From IMG/VR virus record IMGVR_UViG_3300037067_002302, positions 4,913 to 68,912 of that record: a stretch of 64,000 nucleotides of DNA. The stretch is one strand, 5' to 3'. The notes under the pieces are model-generated. The model was given only the letters and a program-made list of their open reading frames with translations, was not told the origin of the DNA and did not search any database. The DNA comes from a virus (taxonomy: Duplodnaviria > Caudoviricetes). Numbering within the stretch: the stretch's first letter is position 1; each line of letters begins with the position of its first letter. The translations under genes were made by a program, and so were the position numbers. Below are positions 46,770-57,046 of the stretch, piece after piece.

Positions 46770-48380
46770 ATGGCAGGAAATCCTTACGGCGGTATTGCGC
46801 CGAATATGTTTATATCCAACCTGTTTACCTCGCTCATCAATGAGAAGTTGAAGAAAAAGCAGGAGGAGCAACAGGCGGCACTACTCGCCAATGAGATAGC
46901 GCAACAGCAGTTTGCAAACCGCATGGCCGAAGATCAGGCGCGACGACAACAGCAGTCATTAGATTATCAACGCAAAACCCAACAGGAACAGCAGGATTAT
47001 GCTCGTCAGCAAAATGCGATGAAGGATTATTATGGTCTTGTCGACATGTCTGGCGATCCGAATATAACACCCGAAGCGTATGGCAGTGCCGCGAGTATGT
47101 TTGGTCAACAGTATCCACAATTCCTGGATAAGATACCAAGTTATCAGGTTCCGAGGCCAAAGCCGATGCCCGATGAAGACATGATGAAATTGTCCTTGGC
47201 AGCTTACGACACTGGTGGTGCTTCGGCGGGAAATCTGATAAATGCAAAATATGGACTTACCACACAACAACCAGTGCCTAATGCAAATATTTTATCGGCA
47301 CTGACTGGTGTTGGGCCATTACCAACCCAGAAAGTTCCTTTAGTATATCCTCCTAGCCTGAGTGAAAATGCCGCGACTACACGAACTCAGATTGCTACTG
47401 ATAAGCAATCAAGAACGGATTATGCCAAAATCCTCTCAACCGTAGCGGCCAGTTCATTCGGGAGATTAGACCCAAGACAGCAACAAACAATGTTGAGGGA
47501 ACTGGACAATAAACAGCAGGCTCTTGGTATGGCTCCGTGGCCTAAAGATTCAAGCGGAATGTATGTGCCACCTGAGCGCGTACCTAATTATGGAGCCTTG
47601 CAGTCGGCGGCGTTGATGATACAAGCCGGAGCCGATTCGGGTTCAGACTGGGTAACTCAACAGGGACTTGCACTGCTTGATAGGGTATGGCAAGACGCGG
47701 GTATGTCGCCATCGCCGGGTGTGCAGGTCGCTCCTGGCGGTGTTGCGCCTGCTCCCGTGACTAATTATCAACCTACCGGCCCGGGTACATTGCCGAGTTT
47801 CCCTAACCTTCAGCCTCCGAGTGGTGGATATAATATACCACCTTCACCCAAAGCTGTATTAGATAGAACCGGAAAGGTATTAGACATAACCAGTAAAGAG
47901 CAGGACATTGCCTTTGGTGCTGAAGATCAGGTAGCAAAAAGAGAAGCGTTAAGACAGGCGGAACTTCAAAGAAAAGCTAAGGTGAAAGCCGAGGCAGCCG
48001 CTAAACGTGATGACGCTTTTAAGCGTGTTACCGACCTGTATAGTAAAAGAACGGGTGCTAAATTAGCATTAGACGAAGCTACTACTGGTGAAAAACCCAA
48101 TCCAGTAGAAGCGCAACAGTTCAGACAGTTATTAAATCAATACGATGCTGAGATTGGAAGATTAGAAGACAGTCTTATTACATTCAGACTACCTTCAGCG
48201 CAGGGTGGGCCAATCAGGGATGCCATAATTGCCGAAGCTCGTAAAGGTACGCGTCCGGGTGTTGTAGGGCCGAAAGTGAGAACACTGCTTAAATCTTATG
48301 GTGTGTCTCCGCAAGATCAAGAGTTGATCTGGCGAAAATACGCAAGGTTATATTATTATCCTAACCAGAGGAAGAAATAA
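46770..48380 (+). CDS. Internal virion/ejection protein
   Basis: Gln-rich helical N-terminus; position. Confidence 0.55.
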   Translation: MAGNPYGGIAPNMFISNLFTSLINEKLKKKQEEQQAALLANEIAQQQFANRMAEDQARRQQQSLDYQRKTQQEQQDYARQQNAMKDYYGLVDMSGDPNITPEAYGSAASMFGQQYPQFLDKIPSYQVPRPKPMPDEDMMKLSLAAYDTGGASAGNLINAKYGLTTQQPVPNANILSALTGVGPLPTQKVPLVYPPSLSENAATTRTQIATDKQSRTDYAKILSTVAASSFGRLDPRQQQTMLRELDNKQQALGMAPWPKDSSGMYVPPERVPNYGALQSAALMIQAGADSGSDWVTQQGLALLDRVWQDAGMSPSPGVQVAPGGVAPAPVTNYQPTGPGTLPSFPNLQPPSGGYNIPPSPKAVLDRTGKVLDITSKEQDIAFGAEDQVAKREALRQAELQRKAKVKAEAAAKRDDAFKRVTDLYSKRTGAKLALDEATTGEKPNPVEAQQFRQLLNQYDAEIGRLEDSLITFRLPSAQGGPIRDAIIAEARKGTRPGVVGPKVRTLLKSYGVSPQDQELIWRKYARLYYYPNQRKK

Positions 48381-51300
48381 TGTCAAAGACATTAGATCAA
48401 TTGATAACCGAATCTAGGAGAGGCCCATCACAAACCTCTACCGGGAGGACTAAATCACTTGATGAACTCCTCAAGGAATCTAAGGGTGGTGGATCGATTG
48501 GTTCTTCCGCACTCCCGCGTCAACGTACCGAAACTACGCCTACGCCAAAGACTGGCCCGAAGGCAACCGACATCGGCAAATCGGGACTTACGAAGCTATA
48601 CGAAGGCACACTGCTTATGTGGCTAAATAATAACCATCCCGCCGACATCGGGAGTGCCATCAAAGGAATTAAGAAAGAGTTCCCTGGGCTTAGCAAATCA
48701 GATCCCGCGATAAGCAAGGTATATTCGATGTGGCGCAGGAATAACCAGCCCGTGCCATTGTCACAGCGTACCGCAACACAGGCGGAAAGAGAAATAGCAT
48801 CAGGCGCGCGTCCGTTATCCACTACTGAAAAGTTTATGGTTCAGACTACGCCGGGACAAAAACAGCGGATAGAAACAATTAAAAAAGCCGAGCATCTTGG
48901 CGAAGGTTATCAACCTACCGAAATGAGCAGTTTCGATACTTTGATGAATCTATTGTTTATGGTCGCGCCACTCGGTGAGGCCGGTAAAGCACTTGCGCCA
49001 AAGCTCGGTAAGCCCGCGCAGGTTGTGCAGGCGGTCGGTGAAAAGGTTGCTAAAGTTCCTGGTACTAAGGGTATTGCAGGACGCGCCGGTTATCGCGCTG
49101 TCACTGGTGGCGCTGAGTTTACGGCGTTGCAACCGATATTCGCCATACCGACACTCGCGCAACAAGGCCCGAAGGCTTATATCGACCAGATGATAGGCGG
49201 GTTACAGCAGGCCAATATCAATAATCCACTCATCCTGGGCGCATTCTTAAAGACCGTGCCTGCCGGAATACTTGACGTGCTGAATAAGCGCAAGGTAGGC
49301 ACTCCTGTAACTGCCGAAGAAATAGAAGCTGCCAAGAATATACATAAAGCTGTTAAGGAATACGTGAAGAAGGCGGAACCGGTTGAAGCAACACCAGAGC
49401 CTACACCTGCCACTCCCGCCGTTGTTGCGCCCAATCCTGAAGTTGCCGCCGCACGTGCACGTATACAGGCGAACAGGGCGAATGTTGAAGCTGAACCGGT
49501 AACGCCTGCTGTCGAGCCTGCACAGCCTCCGGCAGTCAAACCCACTCCTACCACCCCGGAGCCTGTGAAGCCCGTAGAGGCGAAGGCGGGAGCGAAAGAA
49601 CCGTGGGAGATGAAGTCCGACGAGTTTGCTAAGGGTGTAGACTCTTATCATGAAATGAGGACTGTGCTTGGTGATACTCCTTATAAGGCTGAAGGTGACT
49701 ATTCCGGTATGTCCCTTGAACAGGCAAAGGCTATACAGGAAATTGAATCTCGAAAATCTATTGACAGTGCAATGTGGAATAAAGCATACAATGAAGTGCA
49801 GGATGAACTACTCCAAAAGTACCCCGAATATGCCACAGAAATAAAATACGCACAAGTGGAAAGAACTGCCGATACACACCAATTGCTCGTCGAAAAAGCA
49901 TTGCGTGAAGGCAAGCGCGTACCCGATTCCGTAGTTGATGAATTCTTGGCTAATGGTGGCAAGTTACCTGAGAGCGGACTGCATCAAGAGATACAATCCA
50001 ATTACGCACCGACCGCCGCAAAACCAGTGCCGACACCCGCCGTGGCTGCTCCCGCGAAGCCGAACGTTGAGGTCGCGCCGACGCCTCGTGTCAAGACGCG
50101 GTTTACGGATGCTGCTGACGCTGCCAGGAAGCGGTTGTCTGAAATAGAGTCCGAAGCCAAGCGGAATATGCCCGAAGCCGCCAAGCGCAAGCCGGGGCAG
50201 TTGGGCGCGGTTCGCAAGATGACAAAAGAAGAATTCGACCTGCATGTTATTATTGCTGCCGACCATATAGCAAGGGGAGTCAAGACTGTCGCTGAACTGG
50301 CGAAGGTCATGGCTACTGAGGGTTATAAATTCAGCAAGGCGCAGGTGGACACTATATGGGAAGCATCGCACAAGGTTGCTAGAAGCGGAGGCGGTGCAAA
50401 CGTATCTATCAAGAATGCTACTATGGCCGAGAAGTCAAAAACACTGGGCTTAGGAGAATTGCCACAGCCTAAGAAGGTGACGGCGCAGGAACGTTCGCAG
50501 CAAGCCAGCCAACTGGTTAAAAGCGGGAAGGTGACTGGTAAGGCGTTAGTTGATGAACTCGAACAAAACATGCGACCGCTAGATAAGATCGAGGATGCTG
50601 TTGTACACGAATATCAGACGCGACTTGAAGAACAATTAGCCAAAGCGCGGGAGAGTCATGGCAATGATTCGCCGGAAATAACGGCATTGGTCAAAGAGTT
50701 TGATAGAGCAAGGCGTATTTACAAAGCTACCGGCACGGAACAAGCTCGCGCACTTCAAGCTAGATCGGTAACTACTACTCCCGAAACACTTGACCAATGG
50801 TTAGCTAAAGGGCGTGACAATCAGGGTGATGCGTTCAACAGTTCAAGACAGGATAAGGTTATAACGCTTCACGAGCGGCTTGAATCCGGTATGGCGAAGG
50901 AGAAGTCGTTAGAGCAGCAGATAAGACAGCCTAATAAACCGATGGTGGCTAAGTCTCCTGCTGACTTCAAGACTGGCACATGGGGCGCGAATAACTCTAC
51001 TATCACGGTTGCGATGCGTGATGCTGCAAGGGCGCGTAGATATGCCAAGATGACCAGTCAGTTAGGTTCTATTCCTGATCCCACAATAATAGCTGATTTA
51101 GCTATTGAGATAGGGTTTCATGTTGAGGCGGGCGTTAAGTTTACTACTGCTGCAATAAAAGCCTACCTGAAAGAGGAGTTTGCCGCAAGCGATAAAGACG
51201 TTGACGCGGCATTGGCTATAGTGAGAAAGCAGGTCGCAACCGAACGGTCGTTGGAACGCTCAATAGCTGGTAAAGAGGCTAAGTTGAGTGGAGAGTCTAA

Positions 51301-52999
51301 GCCGGTATCCGAAAAGCCTGAACTTATCACTACTCCTAAGATAGAAGCGTTAAAAGCCGAATCCACTCGGTTGAGCGAACAGATCAAGGCTATAAAAACT
51401 GCCGAACAAGAGGCTCGTAAGGCTGCCAGGGATGCAGAAAACGCTGTCTTGGCTGCACAAAAAGCCAAAGCCAAACACGTAGCCGATATTGAGAAGCAGG
51501 GGTTAAAGGCTACACAAAGAGAACTTGCGACTGAAACACGGCAGATTGCCACTCAATCCAGAATGTTGAGTGAAAAAGAGATCGAGGCGAGAAAGTATGC
51601 ACGACAGATAAAGGGAATGGAGACGCGGGCTACTAACATCAAGGCACAGATAGCGCGCGGTATGCCGAAAGAAAAGGCTGAACCCATCAGATGGACTAAC
51701 GAATGGGTGAAAGTGCATCAAGAGAATGTTAAGTTGCGGATGCAACTAGACAACATAACCTCACCTAATAAGTCACTGACACATAAATTGTGGGATGTGG
51801 CACTCGGTGTCCCGAACTCACTCATGGGAATATGGTCTGGGTTCGATGATAGCTTCCTAGGTAGACAGGGCTTGTCATTGTTATATCGCAATCCCAAAGC
51901 CTGGTTGAAGGGTTGGCCGGTTAGTCTGAAGGCCATGTTCTCTGAACGCAATACCTATACAATACATACTGCAATTACCGAAGACCCTAGATTTGCGAAG
52001 GCGCAACAAATGGGCGTAAGATACCAGTCGCCTGATGATATTCCTATGACTGGAGCAGTCGAAGAGAATGTTCGATATTTGAAATTTGCCGAAAGAATCC
52101 CATTGGCAGGAAGGTTGGTTCGACCTTGGGAAAGAGCTTATACAACAGCGGCCAACTACATCAGGCATGAAACTGCCTATGCTATCATTGACGCATTCGG
52201 AGATAGATTATCGGTAGCCGATGGTAAAGCCTGGGGTAGGCACATAAATATTTTATCCGGCTATGGAGATTTAGGCAGATTATCCTCATGGGCTCCATCG
52301 TTAAGAGGCTTGTTTGTTTCCGCAAGGAAGATGGCCGCTGACGTGCAAAGACTAACTACCTTGTTTGATCCTAATGTGCCATCTTTTATAAAGAAGGACA
52401 TGGCCAAAGTGCTCGCACGTGAAGCAGCCGCTATCACTACTATTGCATTACTGATAAACAATTCACCTTGGGGAAAACGCAAAGAGATTGAAGTTGGACT
52501 TGATATGGATTCTCCTGATTTTCTTCAGTTTAGGGTTGGCAATACTCGTTTCCCCATGACTTCGGGTGAAGCGCAAGTATTAAGGACAACATTCAAATTA
52601 TGGAAATATTCAGCAAGCTATACGCGATGGGGGACACATAAATATGGCAGTCCCCAGGCGCATGATGCACTGCTTCAGTTCCTTAGCTCGAAACAAGCTG
52701 GCGGGTTAGGTGTTGCCTCCAGATTCATCACAAAAACCGACTTCATGGGAAGACCAACTACCGACAAGGAAACATTGCGTCAAATGATAACACCGTGGAA
52801 CCTTGAGGGCGTAAGAGAAGCCTTCGTTGGAGAGGGTGCAGGAGTAGCAGCACTTGCAACAGCCACTCAATTTGTGGGCATAGGTGCGAATACCTATGCC
52901 GATACGCCGAAGAACCCGAAGAAAACGACGTTAGGTAAACCGTCAGTACCTACTCCCGCTTCATTCAAACGCAGTTTGATGCGGGGGTTACGACCATAA
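48380..52999 (+). CDS. Large internal virion/ejection protein
   Basis: 1539 aa, Ala/Lys/Glu-rich helical; last gene before lysis. Confidence 0.6.
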   Translation: MSKTLDQLITESRRGPSQTSTGRTKSLDELLKESKGGGSIGSSALPRQRTETTPTPKTGPKATDIGKSGLTKLYEGTLLMWLNNNHPADIGSAIKGIKKEFPGLSKSDPAISKVYSMWRRNNQPVPLSQRTATQAEREIASGARPLSTTEKFMVQTTPGQKQRIETIKKAEHLGEGYQPTEMSSFDTLMNLLFMVAPLGEAGKALAPKLGKPAQVVQAVGEKVAKVPGTKGIAGRAGYRAVTGGAEFTALQPIFAIPTLAQQGPKAYIDQMIGGLQQANINNPLILGAFLKTVPAGILDVLNKRKVGTPVTAEEIEAAKNIHKAVKEYVKKAEPVEATPEPTPATPAVVAPNPEVAAARARIQANRANVEAEPVTPAVEPAQPPAVKPTPTTPEPVKPVEAKAGAKEPWEMKSDEFAKGVDSYHEMRTVLGDTPYKAEGDYSGMSLEQAKAIQEIESRKSIDSAMWNKAYNEVQDELLQKYPEYATEIKYAQVERTADTHQLLVEKALREGKRVPDSVVDEFLANGGKLPESGLHQEIQSNYAPTAAKPVPTPAVAAPAKPNVEVAPTPRVKTRFTDAADAARKRLSEIESEAKRNMPEAAKRKPGQLGAVRKMTKEEFDLHVIIAADHIARGVKTVAELAKVMATEGYKFSKAQVDTIWEASHKVARSGGGANVSIKNATMAEKSKTLGLGELPQPKKVTAQERSQQASQLVKSGKVTGKALVDELEQNMRPLDKIEDAVVHEYQTRLEEQLAKARESHGNDSPEITALVKEFDRARRIYKATGTEQARALQARSVTTTPETLDQWLAKGRDNQGDAFNSSRQDKVITLHERLESGMAKEKSLEQQIRQPNKPMVAKSPADFKTGTWGANNSTITVAMRDAARARRYAKMTSQLGSIPDPTIIADLAIEIGFHVEAGVKFTTAAIKAYLKEEFAASDKDVDAALAIVRKQVATERSLERSIAGKEAKLSGESKPVSEKPELITTPKIEALKAESTRLSEQIKAIKTAEQEARKAARDAENAVLAAQKAKAKHVADIEKQGLKATQRELATETRQIATQSRMLSEKEIEARKYARQIKGMETRATNIKAQIARGMPKEKAEPIRWTNEWVKVHQENVKLRMQLDNITSPNKSLTHKLWDVALGVPNSLMGIWSGFDDSFLGRQGLSLLYRNPKAWLKGWPVSLKAMFSERNTYTIHTAITEDPRFAKAQQMGVRYQSPDDIPMTGAVEENVRYLKFAERIPLAGRLVRPWERAYTTAANYIRHETAYAIIDAFGDRLSVADGKAWGRHINILSGYGDLGRLSSWAPSLRGLFVSARKMAADVQRLTTLFDPNVPSFIKKDMAKVLAREAAAITTIALLINNSPWGKRKEIEVGLDMDSPDFLQFRVGNTRFPMTSGEAQVLRTTFKLWKYSASYTRWGTHKYGSPQAHDALLQFLSSKQAGGLGVASRFITKTDFMGRPTTDKETLRQMITPWNLEGVREAFVGEGAGVAALATATQFVGIGANTYADTPKNPKKTTLGKPSVPTPASFKRSLMRGLRP

Positions 53000-53005
53000 C
53001 GATAA

Positions 53006-53029
53006 ACTCTCCACGAAGGAGGGCTTTTT
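53006..53029 (+). terminator. Rho-independent terminator
   Basis: CTCTCC-ACGAA-GGAGGG followed by CTTTTT. Confidence 0.6.
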
Positions 53030-53055
53030 ATTAACTGTTACATGGAGGGACCGAT

Positions 53056-53247
53056 ATGGGTGATGATGATCTGAGGATGGGGCAAGTAATCCAGAAATGC
53101 ACAGACCTAGATACTCGGCTTACGAATATTGAGTGCAAGGTAGACAAGATACTTGCGATAGTGAACCAATGGAAAGGGATGATAGCCGTATATGGTGGGA
53201 TCGCCGCAATCGTAGTTACCGTAGCAATCAAGCTTATTTGGAAATAG
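53056..53247 (+). CDS. XhlA/holin-like small membrane protein
   Basis: Coiled coil (LDTRLTNIECKVDKI) plus C-terminal TM. Confidence 0.6.
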   Translation: MGDDDLRMGQVIQKCTDLDTRLTNIECKVDKILAIVNQWKGMIAVYGGIAAIVVTVAIKLIWK

Positions 53248-53259
53248 GAGGAAAATAAA

Positions 53260-54069
53260 ATGGACAAATGGACAATCGTCGGCTACGCAGTCGGTATTAT
53301 ATTCAATATCAGCTTCGTAGCAGTAATGCGGGCAAAGCTATATGATAGCACTGTCGAATTCTTAAAATCCGGCAGGTTTGCATGGTTTATCGTATTCCTG
53401 TTGAGCGCCATTGAAATGGCGATAACGGGAGGCATGGAAGCACTCAAAAAACCTGACGCTTTCATGGCATTGCTTCAGGCGGCGGCGGCTTATGCTACTA
53501 CCACGCAGGCGGCTTACGCTGCCGGTAAACCGGTGTGGACGGCGGCTGTAAAGTCTGGAAATGCAGTAAAATGCCTTATTTTAGTGCTTATAGCCGTTAT
53601 GATGACTGTTTTACCGACTACAGCGCACGCCGATATGACTACTGTATATCAGGCTCAGATCGGCATGACACAGGTATCGCTCGCGAGTGTTGAATCTGTG
53701 GGTCAGATCGAACTTAATATAATCCAACCTATTGCACAGATTGATACCAGCGATGGTGGGATTATCGAGAACGTTCAGGACTTTATAGACAAGTTCGGCG
53801 GGAAGATAATTTATCTACAGAGTTTCAAAACGAAGGAAAGTTGCGCCGCTGGGGATTTGTCTTTTAAGGTCTATCAACCTCAGAAATTGCCGACTTTCAC
53901 CTTCAATGCTGACGTGATCGCGCGATTCGATGACGGTATTAAACTGAATCCTGGCGCATCTATCAACATCAATCAGGGCAATGCGGTTGTGCAATTCGGA
54001 GTCGCTTATGTGCCTGATGAACGATACAGGACAAGTTGGTTTATAAAACTTGTGGAAGTTATCAAGTGA
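53260..54069 (+). CDS. Holin-like multi-TM protein with beta-rich C-terminal domain
   Basis: Several TM helices in the first half; amphipathic strands at the end. Confidence 0.45.
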   Translation: MDKWTIVGYAVGIIFNISFVAVMRAKLYDSTVEFLKSGRFAWFIVFLLSAIEMAITGGMEALKKPDAFMALLQAAAAYATTTQAAYAAGKPVWTAAVKSGNAVKCLILVLIAVMMTVLPTTAHADMTTVYQAQIGMTQVSLASVESVGQIELNIIQPIAQIDTSDGGIIENVQDFIDKFGGKIIYLQSFKTKESCAAGDLSFKVYQPQKLPTFTFNADVIARFDDGIKLNPGASININQGNAVVQFGVAYVPDERYRTSWFIKLVEVIK

Positions 54070-54140
54070 CCGAACTGTAGGGGCCGGATGGAGAGGTTTA
54101 CGCACTCCCTCGTAGACCTCTCCGTTTATAGAGGTGCAAC

Positions 54141-54362
54141 ATGCCAAATAATGATAGTGGAGTTACTCATTGCAGCGAATGTGGAGCCGTCTGTATTGTG
54201 GTCGACGGTAAACTGCAACCTGTCGGTGACACTGCTATGGCGCGGATGAATAATTATCTGCAGGAGGAAAACGGACGATTATTGAATGCGTTCGCTGAAG
54301 TCAGCAGGATAATTGATGAGCCGATAACAGGGGAGAGTTTGTTAGAGGAGTTGAGAAAATAA
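54141..54362 (+). CDS. Hypothetical protein
   Basis: CSECG; RBS GAGG. Confidence 0.55.
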   Translation: MPNNDSGVTHCSECGAVCIVVDGKLQPVGDTAMARMNNYLQEENGRLLNAFAEVSRIIDEPITGESLLEELRK

Positions 54363-54364
54363 TT

Positions 54365-55159
54365 ATGCCAACACCATTAGTAATTCATCACAATGATAAT
54401 GACGGGTTCTGTGCCGCCTGGTTAGCGAACAAGGCATTAACTCAAGGCGGATTAGTTCCCGAATTCTTTGAGACAAATTATGGACAGGAACCTCCAGAAG
54501 TCAAAGATCGAGATGTGTTCATACTCGACTTTTCTTACTCACGCGACGTGCTTTTGAAGCTCAAGGAGTATGCCAAGGCCTTATTGGTCATAGATCACCA
54601 CAAAACAGCTCAGGCAGCATTGGAAGGATTGGGCTTCTGCATCTTTGATATGAACAAAGCAGGTTGCCAACTGACTAGAGAATATTTCGGACTACCGCAA
54701 CATTGGATTGTTGATTATGTGGAAGATCGGGATTTGTGGAAATGGTGCTTGCCACAGTCGAAAGAAGTCAATGCGACACTCCATAGTTACCCGAAAACAT
54801 TCACTGGCTGGGATAAGATAGCATCTACTAAAATAAGTGAACTTGCTAAGGAGGGTATCGCTATACTACGTTATCAGAATAGGCTCATTGAACGCGCAAC
54901 TCTGTATCCTGAGACAATAAATATTGGTGGACATACTATACCTATAGTTAATTCCACGGTCTTGCAATCCGAGATAGCTCAAAAACTCGCTGAAGGTCAA
55001 CCGTTCAGTGCTGTGTATTCAGATAAAATTAATGGAGATCGAACATTTAGCCTACGTTCAACTGGAGACTTTGATGTATCTGAGATAGCAAAACAATTCG
55101 GCGGCGGCGGACATAAGAATGCTGCGGGATACACCATAACGCAGGTTCCAAACAGGTGA
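54365..55159 (+). CDS. DHH/DHHA1 family phosphoesterase
   Basis: HHNDNDGF, ILDFSY, VIDHHKTA, VEDRDLW, SLRS, FGGGGHKNAAG. Confidence 0.92.
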   Translation: MPTPLVIHHNDNDGFCAAWLANKALTQGGLVPEFFETNYGQEPPEVKDRDVFILDFSYSRDVLLKLKEYAKALLVIDHHKTAQAALEGLGFCIFDMNKAGCQLTREYFGLPQHWIVDYVEDRDLWKWCLPQSKEVNATLHSYPKTFTGWDKIASTKISELAKEGIAILRYQNRLIERATLYPETINIGGHTIPIVNSTVLQSEIAQKLAEGQPFSAVYSDKINGDRTFSLRSTGDFDVSEIAKQFGGGGHKNAAGYTITQVPNR

Positions 55160-55162
55160 AAT

Positions 55163-55615
55163 ATGAAAACAATACCAATCGATCGAGCCGAACTTGTCAG
55201 ACGGATGAATGCTTGCTTCGGCGTCGTAAAGTACCGACTCGGAAGCAAGCCGAATCTGTATCATCTTCCACCTGCGTTCAAGACTTCGGATTGCAGTGGG
55301 TTTGTACGCTGGCTGTTATTCCAAGCAAGCCATGAAACCGTCAAGATCGCGCCTGGATCGTGGTATCAGCAGGAATGGTGTAAGGCACAGGGATTCAAGA
55401 AGGTAGTGTATAAAGACGTAGCTGGACTTATGGACAGTCGTTTGCGGATAGCGTTTATTGACGGTGTCGGTAGTAAGGTGGGTCATGTTTGGTTGGTCTG
55501 TAATTCAATGACCATAGAGTGCTATGGCGGTCACGGATGCGGCAGGCGAGCGTGGGATACTCCCGTGCTGCTCAATAACGTGGATGCGACCTATGTGCTT
55601 ACTGATAAGATTTGA
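55163..55615 (+). CDS. NlpC/P60-like peptidoglycan endopeptidase (endolysin candidate)
   Basis: SDCSGFVRW (catalytic Cys) and GHVWLV (His). Confidence 0.75.
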   Translation: MKTIPIDRAELVRRMNACFGVVKYRLGSKPNLYHLPPAFKTSDCSGFVRWLLFQASHETVKIAPGSWYQQEWCKAQGFKKVVYKDVAGLMDSRLRIAFIDGVGSKVGHVWLVCNSMTIECYGGHGCGRRAWDTPVLLNNVDATYVLTDKI

Positions 55616-55629
55616 TTTAAGGAGTTGAT

Positions 55630-56100
55630 ATGTATACAGTAGACGAATTAAAAACAAATACAGAAACACAAAAGCATATTAACAATGTGGTAAGATTTAT
55701 GACCGAATTACTCGAAGAAATTAAGTTACGTTGCGCGGATCATGACAAGAGTAAATTCGAACGTCCAGAGGTAGAAATATTCACAGTGTATACACCCAAA
55801 TTAGCCGGTTGCACCTACGGCAGTGATGAATATAAGTCTTATCTATCAGGAATGAAACCCGCATTAGATCATCATTACAATCATAATAGGCATCATCCTG
55901 AGCATTTCGCAAATGGCATAGACGGCATGACATTGGTTGACTTGATAGAAATGCTATGCGACTGGAAAGCAGCAACCATGCGACACAATGACGGCAGTAT
56001 GGATCAATCACTGGAAATAAACAAAGCCCGCTTCGGGATGTCTGACCAGCTTGTGAGCATGCTACGCAATACTGTTGAGGGAATGGATTGGAGAAGTTAA
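55630..56100 (+). CDS. DUF5662 (HD-like) family protein
   Basis: KHINNV, HDKSK, HHYNHNRHHPEHF, LVDLIEMLCDWKAA. Confidence 0.8.
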   Translation: MYTVDELKTNTETQKHINNVVRFMTELLEEIKLRCADHDKSKFERPEVEIFTVYTPKLAGCTYGSDEYKSYLSGMKPALDHHYNHNRHHPEHFANGIDGMTLVDLIEMLCDWKAATMRHNDGSMDQSLEINKARFGMSDQLVSMLRNTVEGMDWRS

Positions 56101-56102
56101 AC

Positions 56103-56837
56103 ATGGAATCTATCTTTCTCCTTGTTTCGATCCTGCTTAAAGTTTTCGGCGATCCTACCGGCCAACCGCTCGCCTATACCGATACCATTGTCACTGACGC
56201 GGGCAGGACACAGGCGATATACCGGCATTGTAGCCCTTGTGAGATATTTCAGTTCAAGCCGTCCGGAAAACTCCTCTACCGATCCCTGCCAGTTGATGAC
56301 CATGAGCGGCGTTATTATCTACTTTCATCAACCGAGCAGCCATTTTTACAGGATGTGATGCGCCGAATACAACGTGACGATCAAGGCCGCGTCGACCATG
56401 TGCAGATCGACAACGACACCGCCTATGGCACAACGCCACCAAGCGAGGTCACGGGCTGGGAGTTTCATGCTTACGGACAAGGCATAGAAACCGTAACGGC
56501 GTTTGACGGCGCGGGAAACTGGACTGAATCCACACTGCGGACGCTGGATGCTCGCGGCCTGGTCACTAGGCAGTTGTCACTCACAAACGTCGGCGCGATA
56601 CAAAGCGATATCCGGTTTACGAGGGATGAGGCAGGCAGGGTTGGTGGTTTCACTTATAAGGGCGTTAGCTATACGGTTAAGTATACCGTAGACAGTAAGG
56701 GTAACTGGACGCTGGCCACCGTCACAGGCCAGCCACCAGTGATTCCGGTTGCAGCTCCGGCAGCCGCGCCGGTTCCTAAGTTGGTTGAAATACCAGGATC
56801 ATTTAGCATTCAGCGGAAGATCATCTACCCGGATTAA
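56103..56837 (+). CDS. Exported YD/RHS-repeat-like protein
   Basis: Hydrophobic N-terminus; RDDQGRV, LDARGLV, RDEAGRV and VDSKGNW repeats. Confidence 0.55.
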   Translation: MESIFLLVSILLKVFGDPTGQPLAYTDTIVTDAGRTQAIYRHCSPCEIFQFKPSGKLLYRSLPVDDHERRYYLLSSTEQPFLQDVMRRIQRDDQGRVDHVQIDNDTAYGTTPPSEVTGWEFHAYGQGIETVTAFDGAGNWTESTLRTLDARGLVTRQLSLTNVGAIQSDIRFTRDEAGRVGGFTYKGVSYTVKYTVDSKGNWTLATVTGQPPVIPVAAPAAAPVPKLVEIPGSFSIQRKIIYPD

Positions 56838-56983
56838 GCCTGCCGTCATTTCAGCCACAGCCGCATGGCCTGCTGGCTAGAATCCGTCTGTCGGGCAGCA
56901 AGCCACCACATAGACGCGGATTGAATGCTGAGGACGTAGAAAACGATTGTGGAGCGATTTATGAGGTTTGGCGGGTATGAATG

Positions 56984-57037
56984 AATGCTTGCATTATGCA
57001 CCGCACTAGCTCTTGAGGGCAACATAATACAAGCATT
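56984..57037. other. Candidate intact attP for the large serine integrase
   Basis: AATGCTTGCATTATG-N24-CATAATACAAGCATT (14/15 inverted match), centre CT at 57010-57011, 10 bp downstream of the integrase stop. Confidence 0.6.
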
Positions 57038-57046
57038 TGTGCCACA

